Part shown: in pieces, positions 9,643 through 15,968 of the stretch | How positions within the stretch are numbered: position 1 is the stretch's first letter | Layout: every line of letters begins with the position of its first letter | IMG/VR virus record: IMGVR_UViG_3300032893_000735 | Location: 41,826-105,825 of that record | Direction: 5' to 3' (one strand) | DNA: 64,000 nt | Origin: a virus | Program-made: the position numbers and the translations under genes | Notes under the pieces: generated by a model | What the model was told of the DNA's origin: nothing | What the model saw: the letters and a program-made list of their open reading frames with translations, nothing else | Databases searched by the model: none

Positions 9643-9724
9643 TGGAGCGGAAGACGAGATTCGAACTCGCATGTCTAAGACGGTTGCTTGGAAGGCAACG
9701 GCTCTACCACTGAGCGACTTCCGC
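9643..9724 (-). tRNA. tRNA-Gly(TCC) with 12-nt variable arm
   Basis: Anticodon arm GTTGC-CTTCCAA-GCAAC, T loop TTCGAAT, encoded CCA. Confidence 0.9.
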
Positions 9725-9729
9725 GAACT

Positions 9730-9807
9730 TGGTCCCCGAAGACGGACTTGAACCGCCCACCTAGCGGTTATCGACCGCTTGCTCTTGTCAAGATGAGCTA
9801 TTCGGGG
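9730..9807 (-). tRNA. tRNA-Ile(GAT)
   Basis: AGCGG-TCGATAA-CCGCT; CCA. Confidence 0.85.
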
Positions 9808-9808
9808 A

Positions 9809-9882
9809 TGGTGCCGAATAAGAGATTCGAACTCCTGTCTTCTGGGTGTAGACCAGAGGCCCTGCCTTTAGGCGAACTCGGC
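9809..9882 (-). tRNA. tRNA-Val(TAC)
   Basis: TCTGG-TCTACAC-CCAGA; CCA. Confidence 0.88.
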
Positions 9883-9887
9883 AAAAC

Positions 9888-9962
9888 TGGTGATCGCAGA
9901 CAGAATCAAACTGTCATATCAGGCTTCGGAGACCTGCGCTCTGTTCTTTGAGCTATGCGACC
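9888..9962 (-). tRNA. tRNA-Arg(CCG)
   Basis: CAGGT-CTCCGAA-GCCTG; CCA. Confidence 0.85.
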
Positions 9963-9966
9963 AAAC

Positions 9967-10042
9967 TGGAGATCCCGCCGAGACTCAAACTCGGGTCTGA
10001 AGTTTAGGAAACTACTGCTCTATTCTCCTGAGCTACGGGACC
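9967..10042 (-). tRNA. tRNA-Arg(CCT)
   Basis: Loop TTCCTAA; CCA. Confidence 0.85.
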
Positions 10043-10048
10043 GAAACT

Positions 10049-10124
10049 TGGAACTCCTGGAGGGAGTCGAACCCCCGACCTAGACTTTAGAAAAATCCCG
10101 CTCTTCCGTCTGAGCTACAGGAGC
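10049..10124 (-). tRNA. tRNA-Arg(TCT)
   Basis: Loop TTTCTAA; T loop TTCGACT; CCA. Confidence 0.88.
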
Positions 10125-10128
10125 AAAC

Positions 10129-10203
10129 TGGTAGACCGCCAGAGACTCGAACTCTGTCCAAGACGCGGTAAAAGCACGTTATGCACCCTCACACTCACGG
10201 TCC
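10129..10203 (-). tRNA. tRNA-Lys(TTT)
   Basis: ACGTG-CTTTTAC-CGCGT; divergent D arm; CCA. Confidence 0.75.
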
Positions 10204-10209
10204 AAAACT

Positions 10210-10285
10210 TGGTGCGTCCAGAGGGAAACGATCCCCCGACCTTCTCATTAAGAGTGAGTTGCTCTACCAACTGAGCTATGGACGC
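10210..10285 (-). tRNA. tRNA-Lys(CTT)
   Basis: Canonical D arm AGCTCAGTTGGTAGAGC; loop CTCTTAA; CCA. Confidence 0.9.
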
Positions 10286-10286
10286 A

Positions 10287-10379
10287 TGGTAGGCGATGAG
10301 TGAGTTGAACACTCCCGTTGCGCTAATCTGGCGCTTTCCCGAGTCTATAAGTCTCAGCCGCACACCGATGCTATCGCCC
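10287..10379 (-). tRNA. Long-variable-arm tRNA with TAT anticodon (nominally Ile)
   Basis: Acceptor GGGCGAT/ATCGCCT, loop CTTATAG, variable arm GCGC-CAGATTA-GCGC, CCA. Confidence 0.75.
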
Positions 10380-10386
10380 GTAAACT

Positions 10387-10457
10387 TGGTGCCAAAGCGG
10401 GGAATCAAACCCCTCATTCCGCTTTATGAGGGCAGATGCCGAATCATCGGCCTTGGC
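10387..10457 (-). tRNA. tRNA-CAT (Met or Ile2) with reduced D arm
   Basis: Loop CTCATAA; CCA. Confidence 0.7.
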
Positions 10458-10462
10458 AAAAC

Positions 10463-10537
10463 TGGCGGGAGATGTAGGATTTTAACCCACAAGTTCCGGG
10501 TTGGAGCCGGACAGTTTGACATTGAGCTTAATCTCCC
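10463..10537 (-). tRNA. tRNA-Trp(CCA)
   Basis: TCCGG-CTCCAAC-CCGGA; G73; CCA. Confidence 0.8.
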
Positions 10538-10538
10538 G

Positions 10539-10613
10539 TGGAACCCGGTAGCGGAGTTCAACCGCTGTTTCGAAGTTCGTAGCTTCGCGCCTTATGCGTT
10601 AGACGAACCGGGC
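10539..10613 (-). tRNA. tRNA-Arg(ACG)
   Basis: CGAAG-CTACGAA-CTTCG; CCA. Confidence 0.82.
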
Positions 10614-10622
10614 ATTTTAAAA

Positions 10623-10696
10623 TGGTCGGGGTAGAGGTAATCGAAACCTCGTCTTATGATCCCAAATCATAGGCTTGACCTTCCAGCTATACCCCG
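10623..10696 (-). tRNA. tRNA-Pro(TGG)
   Basis: CGGGG start; TATGA-TTTGGGA-TCATA; CCA. Confidence 0.88.
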
Positions 10697-10697
10697 A

Positions 10698-10773
10698 TGG
10701 TGGGCAGTCGCAGAATCGAACTGCGCCGTGAGGCTTTTCAGACCTCCGTTCCAACCATGCAAACTCACTACCC
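10698..10773 (-). tRNA. tRNA-Phe(GAA)
   Basis: GAGGT-CTGAAAA-GCCTC; CCA. Confidence 0.85.
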
Positions 10774-10781
10774 AAAACTTA

Positions 10782-10871
10782 TTCGGTTTTATCTGCATCA
10801 TCATTCTCGGGCATATAAGAGGTTAGTCAAGCTAACGTAGGATGCTTGCAATGGCAGAGCGGGAAACCGAA
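10782..10871 (-). ncRNA. Candidate structured RNA in the tRNA array
   Basis: Terminal pairing TTCGGTTT/AAACCGAA with nested TCTGC/GCAGA and GTTAG/CTAAC stems. Confidence 0.4.
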
Positions 10872-10885
10872 AAACACCTTTGTAT

Positions 10886-10961
10886 TGGTGGAGCATGTCG
10901 GATCTGCCCCGACTGCCTCCGCGTTGCAGGCGCGGCGCTCTCCTAATTGAGCTAATGCCCC
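10886..10961 (-). tRNA. tRNA-Ala(TGC)
   Basis: G3.U70 pair; CCGCG-CCTGCAA-CGCGG; CCA. Confidence 0.9.
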
Positions 10962-11542
10962 TACTCGGGGTGCCTCCATTTGTAAGGCCCGTCCCGATTA
11001 TTATAGTGGTCCAAATCATGACAATTAGGGCATAAGAGTTCCAAATTGTCTATCGTATTATTTGTTCGATCTCTATCCTTATGGTGAACTTGCAAAATTT
11101 CCGGATGAAGATCATACCCACATCTGTTACAAATCTTATCGTAAGTTCGAAGTGCTATCGCTCTGTAGCTGTATCTTCCATCGCCATAATGACTTGGTCT
11201 GAGAATTTCATTATGCTTTCCCATTCTTTGGGCGTCATCTTTGCAGATTCTAGAACAAAATCGGAGTCCGCTCTTCGATTTCTTGAGATTAGATTGACTT
11301 CTGTAAAAGATCAACCCACAGTTGTCACACTTTAGTTCATGTATTTTAGACGGATTGGATGCTCGGAAACATTCAGGGCTACAGTATCTCCTACCTGCAT
11401 GTTTTGGGGCATAGAAACTTTTTCCGCAAAAAGTACAGAACTGCAAAAACAACTTACGCTGCTTTCCATCATAGATAGTTGAAACAATTACCTCTTCCAC
11501 GTTTAGTCCTCTTCTGGGGGCGGGACCTACGCGAATCATCAA
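10961..11542 (-). CDS. HNH homing endonuclease with N-terminal zinc-finger repeats (likely start GTG near 11500)
   Basis: CxxC...YCSxxC repeats; VHHKDRDRTNNTIDNLELLCPNCH; AT-rich. Confidence 0.85.
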   Translation of the reverse strand: MMIRVGPAPRRGLNVEEVIVSTIYDGKQRKLFLQFCTFCGKSFYAPKHAGRRYCSPECFRASNPSKIHELKCDNCGLIFYRSQSNLKKSKSGLRFCSRICKDDAQRMGKHNEILRPSHYGDGRYSYRAIALRTYDKICNRCGYDLHPEILQVHHKDRDRTNNTIDNLELLCPNCHDLDHYNNRDGPYKWRHPE

Positions 11543-11615
11543 TCCACCACCTGTAGAATTTCTATGCTACAGGACATTTACCACGCTTGAGTTTAGCATC
11601 CTCAAACACTTATTT

Positions 11616-11695
11616 TGGGGTGGCCGGAGGAAGTTGAATCCTCAAGAAGCAAATTCCACAGACTTGTCCGACATACCCGTAGTCGGCACGGCCAC
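11616..11695 (-). tRNA. tRNA-His(GTG)
   Basis: Loop CTGTGGA; C73; CCA; extended D stem. Confidence 0.78.
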
Positions 11696-11722
11696 ACTTG
11701 TTGTCCATTATCTGGACGAAAC

Positions 11723-11804
11723 TGGAGCCTAGTGAGGGACTCGAACCCTCGCGTTGGAATGGCAGTTTACAAAACTGCTGCTGTCGCCGCTGAGCCAACT
11801 AGGC
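11723..11804 (-). tRNA. tRNA-Thr(TGT) with enlarged variable loop
   Basis: GCAGT-TTTGTAA-ACTGC; GCC acceptor; CCA. Confidence 0.85.
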
Positions 11805-11850
11805 ATTTCACGTCCGCACTTAGGGAGGCGGAACTCCAACTTACAAAGAA

Positions 11851-11879
11851 ATACTACCACAACATTTCTTAATTGTCAA
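11851..11879 (-). promoter_or_regulatory. Sigma70-type promoter inside the tRNA array
   Basis: TTGACA-17-TAGTAT with TG extension. Confidence 0.75.
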
Positions 11880-11887
11880 GCGAAATC

Positions 11888-11962
11888 TGGAGCCGAATAG
11901 CGGCCTCAAACCGCTGTCTCATGCGTACCAAGCATGTGCTCTTTCTGTTGAGCTAATTCGGC
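11888..11962 (-). tRNA. tRNA-Thr(GGT)
   Basis: CATGC-TTGGTAC-GCATG; CCA. Confidence 0.87.
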
Positions 11963-11963
11963 T

Positions 11964-12037
11964 TGGAGCCCAATTGGGGAATTCAACCCCAGTCTTCTCT
12001 GTACGAAGGAGATGTACTGGCACTGTACTAATCGGGC
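11964..12037 (-). tRNA. tRNA-Thr(CGT)
   Basis: Loop TTCGTAC; CCA. Confidence 0.83.
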
Positions 12038-12043
12038 ATTAGT

Positions 12044-12118
12044 TGGCTCCGCCGCGAGGTTACGATCCCCGTTTCCCGAGTTCAAAGCCCGGTGCCTTAC
12101 CGATTAGACGACGGCGGA
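12044..12118 (-). tRNA. tRNA-Gln(TTG)
   Basis: U1-A72; loop CTTTGAA; G73; CCA. Confidence 0.85.
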
Positions 12119-12124
12119 ATAACT

Positions 12125-12203
12125 TGGGGAGGTAGACGGGAATTGAACCCGCGTAACACGGTGTGAAAGACCGTGGACAAAAACCAGCGTTGTCGGCTAC
12201 CTC
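12125..12203 (-). tRNA. tRNA-Glu(TTC) with atypical D arm
   Basis: CACGGT-CTTTCAC-ACCGTG; T loop TTCAATT; CCA. Confidence 0.78.
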
Positions 12204-12220
12204 AAACTTTTTATCTAAAA

Positions 12221-12307
12221 TGGCGGAAGTCGGAGGTAACGATCCCCCATCCCTTTCGGGAGCCACGGTTTTCAAAACCGTTTGTCTCACCATCGACGGC
12301 GACTTCC
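12221..12307 (-). tRNA. tRNA-Ser(TGA)
   Basis: Loop TTTGAAA; long variable arm; G73; CCA. Confidence 0.85.
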
Positions 12308-12311
12308 AAAC

Positions 12312-12399
12312 TGGCGGTTGGTTGAGAAATCGAATCCCCGTGCCTTACGACACTCCGACTGCTTTCGAAACAGTTTGCGAACCTTTCGCGGAACCAACC
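12312..12399 (-). tRNA. tRNA-Ser(CGA)
   Basis: Loop TTCGAAA; long variable arm; G73; CCA. Confidence 0.82.
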
Positions 12400-12408
12400 T
12401 TAAACTAA

Positions 12409-12547
12409 TTCGCGGAGAGAATTTCGGCGTCAGTACAATGTTTCTTTCGCTGGGCAGTTTCTCTCTGCCTCGGATCGGGTTCTAGACCCCGTTAGCTAGT
12501 ACCTGAAAAGCATCCCTCGTCTGCACACGACCTATTTCTAGCGCGAA
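12409..12547 (-). ncRNA. Candidate multi-stem ncRNA between Ser tRNAs
   Basis: TTCGCG/CGCGAA closing stem with internal CGGG/CCCG and GGCAG/CTGCC hairpins; no cloverleaf. Confidence 0.5.
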
Positions 12548-12549
12548 AC

Positions 12550-12635
12550 TGGCGGAAAGCACAGGAGTTTAACCTGATACCTTTCAGTACGCATCCGCTT
12601 CCAACGGAGCCTCGGAACGTCCGAGTTTACTTTCC
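12550..12635 (-). tRNA. tRNA-Ser(GGA)
   Basis: Loop TTGGAAG; variable arm; G73; CCA. Confidence 0.78.
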
Positions 12636-12636
12636 A

Positions 12637-12725
12637 TGGCGGAGAAGGTGGGTGCTGACCCCACGCGGCTCTTTCAAGTCCACTGGTTTAGCAAACCAGC
12701 CCGTTTACCGTTCCGGCACTTCTCC
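12637..12725 (-). tRNA. tRNA-Ser(GCT)
   Basis: CTGGT-TTGCTAA-ACCAG; variable arm; CCA. Confidence 0.85.
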
Positions 12726-12733
12726 GTAAAACT

Positions 12734-12799
12734 TGGTTGAGAACGTGTGCTCTGGTCGGGTTGATTAAGCACGTTTACCGCAGCCGACCAGCGTTCTCA
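12734..12799 (-). ncRNA. Rod-shaped CCA-terminated RNA (tRNA-like minihelix)
   Basis: TGAGAACG/CGTTCTCA-ACCA plus CTGGTCGG/CCGACCAG; no D, anticodon or T arms. Confidence 0.55.
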
Positions 12800-12803
12800 A
12801 ACT

Positions 12804-12881
12804 TGGTGCGGATGGTCGGATTTGAGCCGACAGACCGAAAGGTTTGAGCTTTCGAGGTATTCCAATTCCCATCACATCCGC
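12804..12881 (-). tRNA. tRNA-Leu(CAA) with short variable loop
   Basis: GAAAG-CTCAAAC-CTTTC; A73; CCA. Confidence 0.82.
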
Positions 12882-12886
12882 AAACT

Positions 12887-12968
12887 TGGTACCCGCAGAG
12901 GGACTTGAACCCCCACCCCTAGAGAATGCATCCTAAGTGCATCGTGTCTGCCATTCCACCATGCGGGC
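12887..12968 (-). tRNA. tRNA-Leu(TAG)
   Basis: D arm GGTGGAATGGCAGACAC; loop CTTAGGA; CCA. Confidence 0.92.
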
Positions 12969-12978
12969 AAAATTAAAC

Positions 12979-13065
12979 TGGTACTCGGGAAGGGACTCGA
13001 ACCCTCATCCCCTTTCGAGGATTAGCACCTCAAGCTAACGCGGCTTCCAATTTCGCCACCCGAGT
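12979..13065 (-). tRNA. tRNA-Leu(GAG)
   Basis: TTAGC-TTGAGGT-GCTAA; variable arm; CCA. Confidence 0.9.
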
Positions 13066-13140
13066 AAAACTTTGTCGGATTTGTCCAGGCGGGGTCCGAC
13101 TGGCCTCGATACGTTTAAAGTGGTGTTTGTCATCCACTAA

Positions 13141-13215
13141 TGGAGTACCGTGCTGGACTTCAACCAGCTAAAGAGGTTTTGCAGACCTCTGATTCGAGCC
13201 TTTATCTTACGGTAC
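13141..13215 (-). tRNA. tRNA-Cys(GCA)
   Basis: GAGGT-CTGCAAA-ACCTC; U73; CCA. Confidence 0.82.
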
Positions 13216-13216
13216 A

Positions 13217-13292
13217 TGGTAGGCGGCCCGAGATTCGAACTCGGATATCAACGATCTTAAATCGTTTGCCTTTGCCGTTAGGCTAGCCGCCC
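13217..13292 (-). tRNA. tRNA-Leu(TAA) with short variable loop
   Basis: AACGA-TTTAAGA-TCGTT; T loop TTCGAAT; CCA. Confidence 0.82.
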
Positions 13293-13301
13293 ACTAAAAA
13301 C

Positions 13302-13330
13302 ATCCTACCACGGACAATTGGGTTTGTCAA
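13302..13330 (-). promoter_or_regulatory. Sigma70-type promoter of the tRNA array
   Basis: TTGACA-17-TAGGAT, 9 nt before the first tRNA. Confidence 0.8.
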
Positions 13331-13875
13331 GCGAAAAGATAGGGCCTCCACCGTTCATCTTCTTCCAACCCAACAAGTCTCAGCAAAGCACGAGACGTAT
13401 GAACAGTCAATCGACCAGGAGGATTTAGCAACTTCATGTCCGCCTCTTCGGGCGTCCTATCAGCCTTCTTGAGGTTGCAAAATTTGCAAGCGGAAGTCAG
13501 GTTCTCCCAAATAAATCCGCCGCCTCGACTCTCAGGCAGGATATGATCCAGCGTCAGTACAACCTTCTGTGGCTTCCCGTTAACGAGGATCGTCGAGCCT
13601 TCCTTAGCCCCGCAATACTGGCATCTATAACGATCCCTAGCGTAAATGTTCGACCGAGTAAGGATCGATATCCGAACAGGAATCCGCTTGTAGTTCCTCA
13701 GCCGGATAACGCAGGGGAGCATGATGCCGGGATAGACCTCAACACCGTAGTCTTCTTCCGCAACCGCTGAACCCTTGACTAGCAACTTCAGGGCGTTCTT
13801 AGCCCGCGTGATGCTGACGGGCTCATACGAGGCGTTAAGAACAAGAACTGCTTTATTTACGAGTGATCCGCTCAT
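13327..13875 (-). CDS. HNH endonuclease (VLVLNASYEP family)
   Basis: VLVLNASYEP...RDRYRCQYCG...TLDHILPESRGG...CKFCNLKK. Confidence 0.9.
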   Translation of the reverse strand: MSGSLVNKAVLVLNASYEPVSITRAKNALKLLVKGSAVAEEDYGVEVYPGIMLPCVIRLRNYKRIPVRISILTRSNIYARDRYRCQYCGAKEGSTILVNGKPQKVVLTLDHILPESRGGGFIWENLTSACKFCNLKKADRTPEEADMKLLNPPGRLTVHTSRALLRLVGLEEDERWRPYLFA

Positions 13876-13881
13876 GAGTCT

Positions 13882-13901
13882 ATTATAGCATACCCAGTCA
13901 A
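13882..13901 (-). promoter_or_regulatory. TTGACT-N8-TATAAT element, 6 nt before a leaderless-type ATG
   Basis: TTGACTgggtaTGcTATAATagactcATG. Confidence 0.6.
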
Positions 13902-13908
13902 ACCGTAC

Positions 13909-14253
13909 TCACCATAGCCCGTTGAACGCACCTTTGTTAGCAAGTTGCTTCATCCGTTTATTGAACAAACGACCGTGGCAGGACTTCTGTGTGACTCTAT
14001 CCCATGTTTCCACATGTACGCATTCATGAAGGACCGTAAGGATCGTGATCGCCTTGAATTTCTTTATCTCTTCCGAAATCCAGATTTCGAACTTCCGCTC
14101 GTCTTTAGGAACCTTTCCATGTTTGGACAAGGTGTTCCCGATGGAGTGCGGTGGCATCTTTGACTTCTTCTGCCACTTGATTTTCACATTCTTTAGTTTG
14201 TTCCGGAAGTACCGTGAGTTGGCCAGATGGAATATCTCTTCAAGTCTAGTCAT
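13909..14253 (-). CDS. SprT-like zinc metallopeptidase
   Basis: TVLHECVH...CHGRLF. Confidence 0.8.
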   Translation of the reverse strand: MTRLEEIFHLANSRYFRNKLKNVKIKWQKKSKMPPHSIGNTLSKHGKVPKDERKFEIWISEEIKKFKAITILTVLHECVHVETWDRVTQKSCHGRLFNKRMKQLANKGAFNGLW

Positions 14254-14260
14254 TTAATAT

Positions 14261-14280
14261 ATTATATCACGCAGAGTCAA
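14261..14280 (-). promoter_or_regulatory. TTGACT-N8-TATAAT element, 7 nt before a leaderless-type ATG
   Basis: TTGACTctgcgTGaTATAATatattaaATG. Confidence 0.6.
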
Positions 14281-14594
14281 CCATTAAGATAAGCCAACAG
14301 ATCTGGATTGTCCCTGAGAACCTGGAGCAGAACCGGAGCCACACAGTTCACGAAATCTTCCGCGTCCAGTTTTGGATCAGTTTCATACGCTCCGGTAAAC
14401 GACGGGTAAGTGCAACAATGCAGGGCCTCGTGCAATAAAACTTCTTTGGCTTTAGTCGCCCTGAGATTTTTCCGGATACGTATCTCCGTCAGATCGAAGT
14501 CCGTTGAACCGAGTTCGTCAGGAAGTTCTTCAAGTGTCTTCCGGACAATCTTGTACGTATGAGGTCCGATCTTGATTGTCCGTGGCATCTTCAT
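14277..14594 (-). CDS. Small HExxH zinc metallopeptidase-like phage protein
   Basis: EVLLHEALH; ATGA overlap with the lysozyme stop. Confidence 0.75.
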   Translation of the reverse strand: MKMPRTIKIGPHTYKIVRKTLEELPDELGSTDFDLTEIRIRKNLRATKAKEVLLHEALHCCTYPSFTGAYETDPKLDAEDFVNCVAPVLLQVLRDNPDLLAYLNG

Positions 14595-15052
14595 GTTCGC
14601 GCCTTGAATAATTCCGATTCCCACTGCCTACGTCTGGTCAGTCCATCAACCGGGGCCAGAACTCCCTTAACCCGAGACTTGTTATATTTCAGGATCTCAG
14701 AGGGAACAGCATCGTACTTCCCGTCATTAAGTCCAGTTTCGGACACTAGGGTTTTAAGGGTTCCGCAACCTAGATTGTAACAGAAGCTGGACAGCGCGTC
14801 GAACTGGTTCTGGTTCAGAGGGGTTTTAATGAAAGCTACAATATATTTTTCTGAGCGATTCTTCAAGTCCTCCGCAAAGTCGGACATGGCTTTGTCCATA
14901 GTCTCGGGAACCTTCTCATTGTCCAGCAGCGGACCCTTGTGCATCAAGTGCCCGACGCCTTCCGTGGCATTCCCTGACAGGTCATTATATGGAACAAGTT
15001 TGACGCCTTCAAATCCGGCGATCTTCTTGACAGCTTCTGGGGAGGTGTTCAT
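14591..15052 (-). CDS. Endolysin, GH24 phage lysozyme
   Basis: FEG..LVPYND..G..T.G.GH; LNQNQFDALSSFCYNLG; GLTRRRQWE. Confidence 0.92.
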   Translation of the reverse strand: MNTSPEAVKKIAGFEGVKLVPYNDLSGNATEGVGHLMHKGPLLDNEKVPETMDKAMSDFAEDLKNRSEKYIVAFIKTPLNQNQFDALSSFCYNLGCGTLKTLVSETGLNDGKYDAVPSEILKYNKSRVKGVLAPVDGLTRRRQWESELFKART

Positions 15053-15597
15053 AGGGGCCAGTGATAAACCTGGGGGTCAGTTTGTCTAGCAAATTTTCGC
15101 AAAAGATGGATAGGTACTTTATCTGCATCGGGGCGGAAGTCAATTATCTTGTAAGCACCCTTCCACAGATTGCACCTGACGCACAGAGGCTGAATGTTAT
15201 AGATCTGATTACTTCCTCCTAAAAAAAGAGAAAGGATGTGGTCTGGGACAAGACGATACTCGGATGATCCGCACCTCAGACATTCGTGATTATATTTTTC
15301 TTTAAGGGATTCCCATTCTTCGGGGAGAAATTTACCGTCAGCCTCTGCTTCTCTTTGAAGCCTGTGACGTTTCTTCCTCGCAGCGTAACTCTCTGTTCCG
15401 TCTTCGCTGTGTACTCTTCGAACTCTTTCTTTTCTGAAAGTCGAACGAGTCTCTCTAGGCTCTATTCTATCTGGGTCTTCGTCCCAGCGACTACTCCTAC
15501 ACCCAGCACATCTGACTGGAATCGAATAGGCAGACCATGCGTACCCACATAGGTTGCACTCACATTCATACATTGTTACTATGATTTTTTCAATCAT
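15049..15597 (-). CDS. HNH endonuclease
   Basis: CLRCG...DHILSL..GG.N...NIQPLCVRCN. Confidence 0.85.
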   Translation of the reverse strand: MIEKIIVTMYECECNLCGYAWSAYSIPVRCAGCRSSRWDEDPDRIEPRETRSTFRKERVRRVHSEDGTESYAARKKRHRLQREAEADGKFLPEEWESLKEKYNHECLRCGSSEYRLVPDHILSLFLGGSNQIYNIQPLCVRCNLWKGAYKIIDFRPDADKVPIHLLRKFARQTDPQVYHWPL

Positions 15598-15620
15598 TCG
15601 TTTCCTCTTCCGAACAGTAA

Positions 15621-15968
15621 CTACTGCTTCGGCGGTTTACAGATATAGCAAGTGCAGGTAGCAGAATGTTTAGGTCTTCCAAGTTTTAAGGCCATCTGCG
15701 CCAAAATAGATTCAGCTACAGAAGATCCAGGTGGCTTTGGTTTCTCTGTTTGAGTCTCGTTCTTCAAAACTTCTACACAGGAGAATTGGTCTAACTCCGA
15801 AGAGGAAAGTATTCGACTAACTTCTTGTTCTATCGGTACTGTTTTAGAATCCCTAGAATTCCAGTCTCGATGCTTCCCTTTTCCAGCACAACGCTTAGGA
15901 ATGCTTTCGGATAGCCAAGTATGCCCGCACCAGCAAATACATTCGTTTACTTCTTTTCGTCTTATCAT
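15621..15968 (-). CDS. Hypothetical Cys-rich protein
   Basis: Start MIRRKEVNECICWCG resembles the N-terminal zinc finger of the downstream HNH. Confidence 0.55.
   Translation of the reverse strand: MIRRKEVNECICWCGHTWLSESIPKRCAGKGKHRDWNSRDSKTVPIEQEVSRILSSSELDQFSCVEVLKNETQTEKPKPPGSSVAESILAQMALKLGRPKHSATCTCYICKPPKQ

Noticed and set aside
9688-12485. Short ORFs overlapping the tRNA array
   Set aside because: Explained by the tRNA genes; only the HNH at 10961 is credible.
9643-13292. Suppressor tRNA or stop-codon recoding
   Set aside because: No CTA, TTA or TCA anticodon was found, and long genes are intact in the standard code.
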